The notes beneath the pieces are model-generated. The model was not told the DNA's origin. It worked only from the letters and a program-made list of their open reading frames with translations, and searched no databases. Shown piece by piece: positions 40,905 through 51,292 of a stretch of 64,000 nucleotides of DNA (position 1 is the stretch's first letter; every line of letters begins with the position of its first letter). Where the stretch lies: the NCBI GenBank assembly GCA_965541585.1, contig CBEUCH010000006.1, forward strand, positions 128,001 to 192,000, read 5' to 3'. Position numbers and translations under genes: made by a program. This DNA comes from an uncultured bacterium (GTDB lineage Bacteria > Zixibacteria > MSB-5A5 > UBA10806).

Positions 40905-41723
40905 ATGATTTATGCAAATAATCAGCGCGGCTTCACTCTGGTAGAGCTGTTGGTCGGGCTTCTTGCAGCGGCCGCCATTACTTATGCGGCGATGTCTTTA
41001 TACATCACCGAACATAATCAGCTCCTGGCCCAGGAGGAGATATCCGATATGCAGGCCAATATCCGCTCGGCGACGGAGATGCTGGCCTCGGCCATACGCA
41101 AGGGAGGATTCAATCTTCCGGAGACTCTTACCCCCATTGAAACAGACGACACCGGTCCGGATACGATAACCGTTACTTTCGATTCGGGGGCGCTGGTCGC
41201 CATTAAGTCAAGATATGATATGGTCTCCCTGACTGATGAGCTTCGATGCAATAACGGCGACGATATCAGCAAATTGTATGAAGGCGACTGGGCATATATC
41301 TACGATGCCGACGCTAACGTCGGCGAGTTCTTCGAGGTCACCCGCGTTCTGGCAGGGCCGCCCCGCATTCAGCATATCACCATGGCATTATCGCGAAACT
41401 ATCTCGCGGGCAGCGATCTTCTGAAAATCAGCCGGATCAAGTTCTTTATCAGCCCGAATGATGATTCAACCAGTTCGAATCTGATGATCCAGACATACGG
41501 CTCGCAGCCCGAGATTTTCGCGGAAAACATAATCGATCTTAACTTCAGATATTTCCTGGAAAGTGGCGCCATCGTCACTCAGACAAATACGCCGAGTCTA
41601 ATCAGGATGGTGGAGATAGATGTCGTCGGAAGGACCGCGTCTGCGGATACTGAATTCTTCCAGGAACATCGCACCAGGAATTTCACTCTACGGGTTAAGG
41701 TGAGAAATCTGGGAGTCGGTTGA
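40905..41723 (+). CDS. Type IV minor pilin, PilW-like (copy 2)
   Basis: QRG|FTLVELL; paralogous to copy 1 (EISDMQA, ELRC, YIYD, GEFFE, AENI, VRNLGVG). Confidence 0.88.
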   Translation: MIYANNQRGFTLVELLVGLLAAAAITYAAMSLYITEHNQLLAQEEISDMQANIRSATEMLASAIRKGGFNLPETLTPIETDDTGPDTITVTFDSGALVAIKSRYDMVSLTDELRCNNGDDISKLYEGDWAYIYDADANVGEFFEVTRVLAGPPRIQHITMALSRNYLAGSDLLKISRIKFFISPNDDSTSSNLMIQTYGSQPEIFAENIIDLNFRYFLESGAIVTQTNTPSLIRMVEIDVVGRTASADTEFFQEHRTRNFTLRVKVRNLGVG

Positions 41724-41934
41724 TCGCAACCAGGGTCCTTTCAAAGATAAGCTGATCCCCTATAATTGAAAACAATACCAATAGCATAGATCGATTTTCG
41801 GCCTCTTTTGATCGGTATGGGATTATTCCCACACTACAGTGTTTGCAGACTATATTTCTCAACATCATGCGGGCGACAGCCTTTGACCACAGTCGTAACT
41901 CATTGTTGCCGACCATGTTATTGTTTCAGGGAAG

Positions 41935-41952
41935 TTGGCATCCCCTTTGCAA
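41935..41952 (+). promoter_or_regulatory. Sigma54 -24/-12 promoter
   Basis: TTGGCATCCCCTTTGCA, close to the TGGCAC-N5-TTGCA consensus, 48 nt before ATG 42000. Confidence 0.7.
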
Positions 41953-41999
41953 GTATTTGTTGTTGAATAGAAAGCTATTTCAAGAAAGCGGGGTTTGAA

Positions 42000-43685
42000 A
42001 TGAAAAGCAGTATTACTTGCATGACCGGCTCCAAAGGCCAGAGGGGAATGGTTCTCATCGTCTGCCTGATAGTCTTGCTCATGCTTTCGCTAATCGGGAT
42101 CGCGTCGATTACCACCTCCAATACCGATATGACCATAGCCGGCAATGAGATGAATCAAACGGGCTCGTTCTATGCCGCAGAATCCGGCCTTGAACTGGCT
42201 GCCTCTGCTATCATAACCAGCTACCTGACCACGGGAAATCCGCCGAGCCCGCTTCCGAGCGGAGAAGAGACGGTGGGATCGTTCCAGTATAGCTACAATG
42301 TTACCGACCAAGGCCCGCCTGTCAACGCCACCCTGAACGATGGTGCCTATAAGAACCTTTACGGGCTTGTAAAAACATTCGATATTGGGTCTGCCGGCTT
42401 CGATAACGGGCAGGAATCCGCAATAATGCTAAATATGTCTCTGCAGGACGCCCTCATACCGATTTATCAGTTTGCAGTCTTTTATGAGAACGATCTCGAG
42501 ATGGGTCCCGGACCTGATATGATACTGGACGGACGAATACATTCTAACGGCGACATATATCTGCAATCTGGTAATAATCTCCATATCGGTTCGTATCTGA
42601 CAACGACGGGAAATGTCATTCACGGTAGCAAACCGGGTAGCGGGCAGGGTACATCCTCGGGGAACGTTTTCATCAGGGATAACGACGGCGATTACCAGAA
42701 TATGAGGAATTCCGACGGCACGTTTCTGGATTCAAGCGATCCCGATTGGGTCAATAGCTCCCTTTCGCGCTGGGGTGGAAGTGTGGAGGATAGAAACCAT
42801 GGCATTACCGATTTATCAATGCCCGTAGTCAGCGACGGTCCGACCACCGATCTGATCGACAGGGGCGCCGGCAATTCCGACAGCTATGAACACCAGGCCG
42901 GGTTGAAGATTGTCGATGGTCGCGCGCTGTATCGTCAGGGGGATGGAACGTGGCTGGATGTGACATCGGGTTTCATATCATCGGGAGTCATTTCCGACGG
43001 CGATTTCCACGATGGTCGCGAGGGCATGGACGTTCACTCCCTCGATATCGATATCGGCGCCCTGGCCGGTTCCGGATATTACCCCACCAACGGGATTATA
43101 TATACATCACAGCTGCGCGGCTACGGTTACGTGACGGCGGTGAGGTTGACAAACGGTTCGGCTTTGCCCTCGGGTTTAACTGTGGCTACCGATAATCCGA
43201 TGTATACCCTCGGAGATTTCAATACGGTCAGCAAGAAGCCGGCTTCCCTAATGGCTGATGCTATTACTATCCTGTCAAATAACTGGGATGATGGCAGTAG
43301 CGGGCAGGGTCTGGGAAACAGAACCGCAACGAATACGCAGGTTAACGCCTGCTATATGACCGGTAACACCGAGACAGGTTCGGAGGGAAACGGTTATAAT
43401 GGCGGTCTCGAGAACCTGCCGAGATTTCTTGAGAACTGGAGCGACGCAACATTCAAATGGAGGGGATCGGCTGCCAGCCTATGGTATTCGAGGCAGGCCA
43501 CCGGTGCCTGGTCCCAGGGATCCTACTACAGGGCCCCGTATCTCGACTGGGCATTCGATCCTGATTTGCTCGATCCCTCGAAGCTGCCACCGGGTGCCCC
43601 AATGGTTAACATCGTGCTGAGAACGAGCTGGAGGCAGACGGTCATTCATGATTATCAGGGTCAAGATCTATTGAGTGAATACTAG
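42000..43685 (+). CDS. PilX-like pilus assembly protein (copy 2)
   Basis: QRG|MVLIVCL, SFYAAESG; C-domain (IHSNG, GGLENLPRFLENW) unrelated to that of copy 1. Confidence 0.85.
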   Translation: MKSSITCMTGSKGQRGMVLIVCLIVLLMLSLIGIASITTSNTDMTIAGNEMNQTGSFYAAESGLELAASAIITSYLTTGNPPSPLPSGEETVGSFQYSYNVTDQGPPVNATLNDGAYKNLYGLVKTFDIGSAGFDNGQESAIMLNMSLQDALIPIYQFAVFYENDLEMGPGPDMILDGRIHSNGDIYLQSGNNLHIGSYLTTTGNVIHGSKPGSGQGTSSGNVFIRDNDGDYQNMRNSDGTFLDSSDPDWVNSSLSRWGGSVEDRNHGITDLSMPVVSDGPTTDLIDRGAGNSDSYEHQAGLKIVDGRALYRQGDGTWLDVTSGFISSGVISDGDFHDGREGMDVHSLDIDIGALAGSGYYPTNGIIYTSQLRGYGYVTAVRLTNGSALPSGLTVATDNPMYTLGDFNTVSKKPASLMADAITILSNNWDDGSSGQGLGNRTATNTQVNACYMTGNTETGSEGNGYNGGLENLPRFLENWSDATFKWRGSAASLWYSRQATGAWSQGSYYRAPYLDWAFDPDLLDPSKLPPGAPMVNIVLRTSWRQTVIHDYQGQDLLSEY

Positions 43686-43711
43686 GTTCAGCAGAAAATA
43701 AGAGATAGCCG

Positions 43712-43745
43712 GCGGGCGGCCGATTCGGGCCGCCCGTTTTTTTTT
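43712..43745 (+). terminator. Rho-independent terminator
   Basis: CGGGCGGCC/GGCCGCCCG stem followed by T9. Confidence 0.88.
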
Positions 43746-43823
43746 GAAACCGGCCTCACCGCGCAAAAGGGCTTCACTTTTATAAAGTTCGATACTACAT
43801 TTGATCCGGCGTAAGGAGAATAT

Positions 43824-43982
43824 ATGCTGGTCGGGATTTTTCTAATCTGCCTGGGGGCCTTATTTATACTGAGCAACCTCGGATTGCTTTATGGCGGCGT
43901 GGGCAGGTACATATTACCGATATTGCTGATCGCCATGGGTGCGTCCATTGTATTCAAGAAGATGCGTGGCACTAATTCGTAG
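43824..43982 (+). CDS. 52-aa two-TM membrane protein (LiaF-TM/DUF5668-like), below the ORF-track cutoff
   Basis: SD AAGGAG; MLVGIFLICLGALFILSNLGLLYGGVGRYILPILLIAMGASIVFKKMRGTNS. Confidence 0.8.
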   Translation: MLVGIFLICLGALFILSNLGLLYGGVGRYILPILLIAMGASIVFKKMRGTNS

Positions 43983-44162
43983 AATTGAAAATCCACGGGC
44001 ACCGTTGAAGTGATTTCCTCATTGAAAATCCGGTCGTTTCCGGGTTTTCCCGCAATTCCCGTTCTTCAGAAAATGAAACCGTCTGCGGGCCATCTTTTGT
44101 TTACCAATCGAGGATAGCTGATGATGTTGACTTCGAGGGGGGATGAGGTTACAATAGATAAG

Positions 44163-44942
44163 ATGAGCAGGATTATTATATCCAGCAGGAACCGGATAAT
44201 TCTTGCGGCATTGGCTTTGCCTTTACTGATCCTCTCCTGCGATACCAGAGGCTCGGTGGTTTCACGGTCCAGAGAGACGGCGTCCTTCTCCGTTGATATG
44301 ACTGTGGTAAAGGGTCATTCCGGAGGAACAAACATTGTAGAGATAAATTTTGATCGCGATGGGGTCCCCTTTTCGGATGCGTCAATAACTCTGGAAGGCC
44401 GGGCCATCCCCTCAATAGGTGGCGGCCTCTATTTTATCGATAGCCCGATTTTCCTTATCTCTTCTGGTTTGAACCAGATTACTTTTGCAAGCGCGGATGA
44501 TGATTACTCGAAGAGCGTACCTATTTTGATGCCCGACAGCTTTGCAGTGACGACCGTCAGTCCGAGGTACAACTCTAATGCGGACGCCGTTACCGTCAGG
44601 TGGTCGGCATCCGGGGGCGCTACGGGTTACATACTTGCGGTCGCTACAGATAATTATTTTGAGGACGACACAATCCCTCTGAGAAGAATTCTGCCGGGCA
44701 GCAATACGACTTTCGTGATCCCCGATACGACCTTCGAGGACTTCTATGGCGACATCATCTACGGCGTATATTACATCTATCTGATCGCATTCAATGAAGG
44801 TTTCGGCCCATACAGCGGTATCCGGTTCCCGGTGCCGGAGGGGCTACCCCGACGTGCAATCTCCGATCCGTCCGGTTTTCTGCAATATGGCACGGCGGCG
44901 CCTCTGGATTCAATCATGGTCCGTCAGTTTACGCTTCGTTGA
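44163..44942 (+). CDS. Hypothetical lipoprotein
   Basis: Lipobox LILSC; FN3-like VTVRWSASGGATGY segment. Confidence 0.75.
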   Translation: MSRIIISSRNRIILAALALPLLILSCDTRGSVVSRSRETASFSVDMTVVKGHSGGTNIVEINFDRDGVPFSDASITLEGRAIPSIGGGLYFIDSPIFLISSGLNQITFASADDDYSKSVPILMPDSFAVTTVSPRYNSNADAVTVRWSASGGATGYILAVATDNYFEDDTIPLRRILPGSNTTFVIPDTTFEDFYGDIIYGVYYIYLIAFNEGFGPYSGIRFPVPEGLPRRAISDPSGFLQYGTAAPLDSIMVRQFTLR

Positions 44943-45934
44943 AAAGGAAAAGGAAGCTGAAAAAGAATCTAGCGATTCGTAAAGAAAAGCAGCAATCGGC
45001 GCCCAGGGGCCGTGCTGTCTTCGACGAGTTGTCTGGTCTTGTAACGGAAGAAACCAATCCCGCTGCTGAAAATCTCCATCGCCTCTCAACCACCGGCCTG
45101 CTACGTTTGATAAACCGTGAGGACGCTATAGTAGCAGATGCGGTCGCCCGCGAAATACGGTATATCGCGAGCGCTGTTGAGATGGCCCTCAGAACCTTCA
45201 GGAGTAAGGGGCGCTTGTTTTATATGGGCGCCGGAACCTCCGGGCGTCTGGGAGTGCTGGATGCCGCCGAATGCCCGCCGACGTTCGGCACGGACCCCGA
45301 AATGATCCAGGGAATTATAGCCGGAGGTCATCGATCGTTGATTCGTTCCAGGGAGGGTGCAGAGGACAATATAGCAGCGGCGATGGCGGATATCAAAGAG
45401 CGTAAGGTGAGAACCGGAGATCTTGTTATAGGTATTACCGCTTCCAGCAGAACACCCTATGTCCTGGAGGGTTTAAGGGAGGCGAAAAGAAGGGGAGCCA
45501 GGACGATTTTTGTCTGCTGCAACCCCAGAAAGGATGTTCCCCGAGGATTTGATCTGGCGATATGCCCGGTCGTGGGGCCCGAGATCATTGCCGGATCATC
45601 GAGAATGAAGGCCGGAACCGCCCAGAAGATGGTGCTCAACATGATCACGACCGCTGCCATGATCAAGACGGGTCGTGTGTTCCGCAATCGAATGGTCGAT
45701 CTGCAGGCAGCTTCAGAGAAACTGAAAGAGCGCTCCAAAAGGGTAATCATGGAGGTTTGCGGCGTTGATTACGAAGGAGCGGAAAAGCTTATTGAGCGAT
45801 CTGGAGGATCGGTCAAAACCGCCATCGTCATGTTTGAAGCGGATCTGGGCAAAAAAGCGGCCGAGGTGCGACTTAGGGCTGCGGAAGGCTTTGTCCATAA
45901 GGCGATTAGACCAGCGGGACGATATCGAAAATAG
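44939..45934 (+). CDS. murQ: N-acetylmuramic acid 6-phosphate etherase
   Basis: GAGTSGRLGVLDAAECPPTFG, EGAED, GSSRMKAGTAQK. Confidence 0.96.
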   Translation: MKRKRKLKKNLAIRKEKQQSAPRGRAVFDELSGLVTEETNPAAENLHRLSTTGLLRLINREDAIVADAVAREIRYIASAVEMALRTFRSKGRLFYMGAGTSGRLGVLDAAECPPTFGTDPEMIQGIIAGGHRSLIRSREGAEDNIAAAMADIKERKVRTGDLVIGITASSRTPYVLEGLREAKRRGARTIFVCCNPRKDVPRGFDLAICPVVGPEIIAGSSRMKAGTAQKMVLNMITTAAMIKTGRVFRNRMVDLQAASEKLKERSKRVIMEVCGVDYEGAEKLIERSGGSVKTAIVMFEADLGKKAAEVRLRAAEGFVHKAIRPAGRYRK

Positions 45935-46074
45935 GCCTTGCTCAGGAACCATCCACGACTTTAGAGGAATACGCGGGATCGCCTCAGTTGCAATTTGAAA
46001 AGACAGCCTGTATTCTTTTCTAATCAACATTTTTTGGCAGCCGAAATCAACATTAGAGACCAGTATAACATAAA

Positions 46075-47892
46075 TTGCAGGAGGCCATCGACAGGCATTT
46101 GCTGTCGCCTATGGAAAAGTATATCGAAATAACGGATAACGATTTGGCAGAGATCTCCGAGCCCGCGATAAGGCGTGTGGCCGACGTTTTCAACATGTTT
46201 ATAAAAACCGTCAAGGCCAAGCTTGTTTATCCGGCATCATCCAAACTACCTCAACAGTTCAAAGACGAGTTTTTTGCCGCGCTCACCTTGTTGCTTGAGG
46301 AGTTCGAAGAGATCGCGTTCAAGATTGACGCCGACTCCATCCTCTATCATGGTCACGACGTATACAAAGCCAAAGGCAAGGCGGATAACTTCGCCCATCC
46401 TTTTTTTCGTGATGGAGTCGTTGAATTTAGATTTAAGAATGGTATTACACTTGAAGAGCTTGAAGAATTCGTGAATATAACCTCCCGAATTATGAGATCA
46501 GTTCTGGTGGATGATGATCTGGCAACCCTTCTCTGGGAGGCGGGATTCGAGCATATCTCCTATGAGCTGATGGACGATTTTTTGGATCTTGAGACATTCG
46601 AATACGGAACGGATGATATAAAGACCGGCAAATCGCCGTCCAGTGACGATATGAGAAAGCTCTACGAAAAAGAGATAGACATCAGCTTCACAAATGAAGA
46701 TTTCGATCTCGACTCGGAGAAGAACAGATCGAAAGAAACTGCCGGGGGCTATCGCAATGTAGAAAATCAGGTCGCTGAATTCATAAATAATATCGCCGAG
46801 TATGATGAAGCTGATAAGGCGGCCATCGCCGGAGTTTTGTCGGCCGAGGCATCTTTTGATTTCATTAAATACGCCGTAGACATATCCTTCGAGATCCTGG
46901 GTTTTGAGACGGACAATGCTGGCTATAATGAATCACTTGATCTGATTGCCAAGGTTGGCGGCGATTTTATCAGGGCCGGTGATTTCAGGTCGGCTATGAC
47001 GCTACTGGAGAGGACCCGGGAACTGGAGCAGGTTTTAAAGAATCTTGGTGATCCCAAGCAGGAAAAAATCCGCGAATTCATAGAACGCTTTGCGGCATCC
47101 GAGAGAATCAGGGATATAATGGAGATCTTGAATAAATCAAATGATATCGTATTTGCGGAAGTCACTAACTATCTAAAGATGCTTTCCTGGAAGGCCATCG
47201 ATCCCCTGGTCTGGGCGCTGGGCGAATTGAATCATTATCCTGCGAGGCGAGCCGTTTGCCAGGCGCTCGAGATACTGGCGGTGGATCATGTTGATTTTCT
47301 GGGCAAAGGAACCGAGAGTCCAAGATGGTATGTCGTTCGCAACATCGTTTCTATACTTGGGAAGACAGGTGACCCCAAGGTTCTGGACTATTTTAGAAGA
47401 ACAATCGGGCATCCCGATCTAAGGGTCCGTAAAGAAACAGTAATCTCAGTCGCCAAGATCAATGTACCGGAAGCAGCTGATTTCCTTATAACGGCTCTGA
47501 ATGACGAAGATGAGAAAATTCAAACACTGGCTCTCAAGGAGCTTGTAGGCAAGAGAATAGATAAAACCTTCGATACTATTCATAAAATCATCAGGCATAA
47601 AAGCTTCAAGAATCGTTCAGCTGAACAGATAAAGGAATTCCTCGAGGGATTTGCCGTTCTTGGTGGCCCTAACGCATTTGAGCCATTAAAGAGGATCATA
47701 AAGCGCAAGACATTTATAATCACTGAAAGGGATAAGCGCCTGAAAAACTATGCTGTTCGCGCCCTCGGTTTTGTCGGCAGTATGGAAGCGACGCGGCTGC
47801 TGGATAAAATCTCTCAATCCAGAAACCGGGCGCTGGCGGATACAGCCAGAAGGACCATCAACAGGCAGCCGAAGGGAGATAACCTTGTTTAA
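46075..47892 (+). CDS. HEAT-repeat protein
   Basis: RWYVVRNIVSILG, DLRVRKE and other HEAT/PBS-like repeats; N-terminal VYP...P domain. Confidence 0.85.
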   Translation: MQEAIDRHLLSPMEKYIEITDNDLAEISEPAIRRVADVFNMFIKTVKAKLVYPASSKLPQQFKDEFFAALTLLLEEFEEIAFKIDADSILYHGHDVYKAKGKADNFAHPFFRDGVVEFRFKNGITLEELEEFVNITSRIMRSVLVDDDLATLLWEAGFEHISYELMDDFLDLETFEYGTDDIKTGKSPSSDDMRKLYEKEIDISFTNEDFDLDSEKNRSKETAGGYRNVENQVAEFINNIAEYDEADKAAIAGVLSAEASFDFIKYAVDISFEILGFETDNAGYNESLDLIAKVGGDFIRAGDFRSAMTLLERTRELEQVLKNLGDPKQEKIREFIERFAASERIRDIMEILNKSNDIVFAEVTNYLKMLSWKAIDPLVWALGELNHYPARRAVCQALEILAVDHVDFLGKGTESPRWYVVRNIVSILGKTGDPKVLDYFRRTIGHPDLRVRKETVISVAKINVPEAADFLITALNDEDEKIQTLALKELVGKRIDKTFDTIHKIIRHKSFKNRSAEQIKEFLEGFAVLGGPNAFEPLKRIIKRKTFIITERDKRLKNYAVRALGFVGSMEATRLLDKISQSRNRALADTARRTINRQPKGDNLV

Positions 47893-49348
47893 CCGTTCGG
47901 TAGAGGATATTAAGAAAAGGCAGAGGAATCTCGAGGCATCTCTCGAGGATCTGGGTCACAAGCTGGTCAATGTCCTTTTCGCGACCTTTAAGATCGCGAC
48001 GATGTACGAACCGAATAACAATCGCTATATCGATCAGAGCGGTAAGCTCCGTGCGGTCCTCGATAAAATATTCGACGAGGAACCCGATTTTGCTCTCGTA
48101 GCCAGAGGAGGATACCTCTTCCTATCCGAAGTCAGGCTCAAAGCCGATCGTGACAGCGACGCCGCCACAACGTATTTTCTCGAGAACTGGCCTGCGTTGG
48201 GGCTTTCGGGATTTTCCTTTTTCCAGGGTCTGGATCCGAGAGAACTTGACAAGTTCGTATTCTTCATCAGCGGCTTTAAACCGGGTGAAGATAGAGATGA
48301 GAATTATCAGTCTATCAAGCAACGGCTGGACGATCTTCGGATAGAGAAAATCGCGTTGATAAAATATACACCGGAGGATGATAAGCCGGTCGATGAAGAG
48401 GAGAAGAACAAGATTCGGGCCAGAGCGCGTAAGACGTTCTTCTCGGCCCTGGCTGTAGTTCAAAGTAATGCAGGCCAGGCGCGCAATCAGGGTAGCATAA
48501 ATATCGCCAAAACCAAAAGGGTGGTTCAGGGTCTTATAGATATCATAATTGAAGATGAAGCCGCCCTCATGGAAATGACAACATTGAGGAATTTCGATGA
48601 CTACACATACATCCATTCTGTAAACGTCTGCGTTCTCTCCTTGGTACTCGGATATCATCTCGGGCTGGATCGCAGAAGAATGTCTCATCTGGGAGTTGGT
48701 GCCCTGGCCCATGATATAGGCAAGACCAGTCTTCCCATCGATCTGGTCAATAAACCAACGGAATATGATGAATACGACTGGCAGTTGATGCGAAAGCATC
48801 CTGTATTTGGCGTCAAGTTTCTCTATAAGACCAGGAAGGTGGAGGAGACCACGGTGCAGGCATCGACCGTTATCTTCGAACATCATATCGGATATGATGG
48901 TTCCGGTTACCCGGAACTTCTCAATAGAAGAAAACCGACCCTTTATGCTCGTATCGTGGCCATTGCTGATACATACAACGCCATGACCTCCGGAAGGGTT
49001 TATCATCGAGAAAAGTATCTTCCCGACCAGGCGATTGCCAACATGGTAAACCGCGTCGGCAAATCATACGATCCGATTCTGCTGAAGGTGTTTGTTAACT
49101 CTATCGGGATTTATCCGGTGGGAACGGTTGTGGCCTTGTCGTCCAGAGAAATAGGTATCGTGGCGAGGAACAAGCCGGAGGACCCCGAGCACCCCGAGGT
49201 TAAAGTTATAGGTGATGATACAGGGCTTTTCGATGTCGGCGAGGTTAAGGTAATCGATCTCTCCGACGAAAGCGGAATCTCCATAACCAGGATCATAGAT
49301 GGTGAGAAGTATAATATTGACAACGCAGAATACCTGCATTCTGGCTGA
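47885..49348 (+). CDS. HD-GYP cyclic dinucleotide phosphodiesterase
   Basis: YTYIHSVNV, HDIGK, EHHIGYDGSGYP, IADTYNAMTSGR; TTG start with GGGAG SD overlapping the HEAT gene. Confidence 0.9.
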   Translation: MFNRSVEDIKKRQRNLEASLEDLGHKLVNVLFATFKIATMYEPNNNRYIDQSGKLRAVLDKIFDEEPDFALVARGGYLFLSEVRLKADRDSDAATTYFLENWPALGLSGFSFFQGLDPRELDKFVFFISGFKPGEDRDENYQSIKQRLDDLRIEKIALIKYTPEDDKPVDEEEKNKIRARARKTFFSALAVVQSNAGQARNQGSINIAKTKRVVQGLIDIIIEDEAALMEMTTLRNFDDYTYIHSVNVCVLSLVLGYHLGLDRRRMSHLGVGALAHDIGKTSLPIDLVNKPTEYDEYDWQLMRKHPVFGVKFLYKTRKVEETTVQASTVIFEHHIGYDGSGYPELLNRRKPTLYARIVAIADTYNAMTSGRVYHREKYLPDQAIANMVNRVGKSYDPILLKVFVNSIGIYPVGTVVALSSREIGIVARNKPEDPEHPEVKVIGDDTGLFDVGEVKVIDLSDESGISITRIIDGEKYNIDNAEYLHSG

Positions 49349-49451
49349 TCTCGCCGCTGGGGTTCATAAATCTCCTTTGCTATCGTTCCAATACCCACAT
49401 TCTTAATAACAGGATTGACAAATCCTAATCTGACTCAAATATATTTTAGCC

Positions 49452-51233
49452 ATGATAACTATGAAACGTCTGGACGCCTCCTTTCGCAGGATCGGCGAGA
49501 AGGCGAGGTTTTCGGAAAACACGTATCTCATAATCATAGCACTTATCGTCGGGGTCTCGACCGGCCTGGGGGCGGTTATGTTCCGCTGGCTGATCTTGAC
49601 CTTCAGTAATTTCTTTTTTGGCCACGGAATCAACTGGCTGATACCTTTGATTCCCATGGCAGGAGGACTTCTGGTCGGCCCGATCGTCTATTTTTACGCA
49701 ACAGAGGCTAAGGGGCATGGAGTACCTGAAGTCATGGCGGCCGTGGCGCTGAAATCCGGTGTTATAAGACCCCGGGTGGCGGTAGCCAAGGCTGTGGCCT
49801 CGGCGATCTGTATCGGCTCAGGAGGTTCGGCCGGAAGGGAAGGCCCCATAGTGCAGATTGGAGCCGCTATCGGGTCAACCGTGGGAAAGCTCTTCAAATT
49901 ATCGGGCGATAGAGTCAAGATTCTGGTGGGATGTGGCGCGGCAGCCGGGATCTCGGCTGTGTTTAACGCTCCTATAGCCGGCGTTATCTTCGCGCTGGAG
50001 GTTATTCTGGGTGATTTCACAATCAGGACATTTTCCCCGGTGATTCTCTCATCGGTTCTATCATCAGTTGTTTCTCGCGCTTTGTTGCGTGATCAACCGG
50101 CCTTCATAGTCCCACCGTATCAACTGGTCTCGGCCTGGGAGATACCTCTCTACATTTTGTTAGGCGGCTTCGCTGGTATTGTGGCGGTGATATTTACCAG
50201 AACGCTTTATATGTCAGAGGATTTTTTCGACCATAAGGTGAAAATCCCCGCCTATCTGAAGCCGGCGCTCGGAGGGTTACTGCTCGGATTTGCGGGTCTC
50301 GTAGCGGTTAAGCTGAATTACGCAGGCTTCACTTCCCTTTCGGCCCCGGCCATCTTCTCCGACGGTTATGAAGCAATTGGCTCGGTGCTGGATGGAGGTG
50401 GAATCTGGTTTACGCTTCTGGCTTTAGTTGTATTAAAGATCCTGGCCACAAACCTCACCCTCGGCTCGGGAAATTCAGGAGGAATATTCGCGCCATCTCT
50501 ATTCATGGGCGCCATGGCCGGCGGCCTTTTCGGTATCGCGGTCCACTCTTTGTTTCCCGGCGTCACCGCGCATCCGGGCGCCTACGCCCTGGTGGGAATG
50601 GCGGCTGTAGTTGCCGGTACGACCCACGCCACCATTACGTCGATTCTTATCGTTTTCGAGATGACCAAAGATTATCGAATTATGCTGGCTTTGATGATCG
50701 CATGTGTCTTCTCGACTTTGGTGGCCAGGCGGTTGTTGCATCCCTCCATATACTCAATGAAGTTAATCCGGCGGGGGATCAGATTAAGAGGCGGCCGCGA
50801 TGTCAATTTGCTGGAGGTCATAAAAGTGGGCGACATTATGCAGCGCGATTTCAAAACCATTCCCATGCATACCAACCTGCATGCCCTGCTACGGTATCTC
50901 GAGGGATCGACCGAGACCACGCTGCCGGTTGTGACACCTGAAGGCAGATTGTACGGTATGATATCGTTTCAGGATCTGAGGACCGTTTTAACAAGGCATG
51001 AGGTCGACGCTCTTGTGATTGCCTCAGATATCGCCACCCGGGAGATCGTATCCATAACAGAGGATGAAAACCTCAACCAGGCGCTGGAGAAGTTTGGAAT
51101 GCGCGATTTCGATCTTCTGCCCGTAGTGGAGAAGAACGATCCCACGAGAATTAAGGGGGTAATACATAAATCTTATGTCATCAGCTACTATAACAAGCGT
51201 CTCATGGAGCGGATGGTGGCAGAGGAGGGGTGA
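49452..51233 (+). CDS. ClC chloride channel/antiporter with a CBS pair
   Basis: GHGVPE, GREGP, FNAP, GGIFAP; two CBS domains. Confidence 0.93.
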   Translation: MITMKRLDASFRRIGEKARFSENTYLIIIALIVGVSTGLGAVMFRWLILTFSNFFFGHGINWLIPLIPMAGGLLVGPIVYFYATEAKGHGVPEVMAAVALKSGVIRPRVAVAKAVASAICIGSGGSAGREGPIVQIGAAIGSTVGKLFKLSGDRVKILVGCGAAAGISAVFNAPIAGVIFALEVILGDFTIRTFSPVILSSVLSSVVSRALLRDQPAFIVPPYQLVSAWEIPLYILLGGFAGIVAVIFTRTLYMSEDFFDHKVKIPAYLKPALGGLLLGFAGLVAVKLNYAGFTSLSAPAIFSDGYEAIGSVLDGGGIWFTLLALVVLKILATNLTLGSGNSGGIFAPSLFMGAMAGGLFGIAVHSLFPGVTAHPGAYALVGMAAVVAGTTHATITSILIVFEMTKDYRIMLALMIACVFSTLVARRLLHPSIYSMKLIRRGIRLRGGRDVNLLEVIKVGDIMQRDFKTIPMHTNLHALLRYLEGSTETTLPVVTPEGRLYGMISFQDLRTVLTRHEVDALVIASDIATREIVSITEDENLNQALEKFGMRDFDLLPVVEKNDPTRIKGVIHKSYVISYYNKRLMERMVAEEG

Positions 51234-51292
51234 GATTTTAGATGTAGATACGGATTTTGATTATGACATTTTGACTTTTTGAAGAGGAAAGA

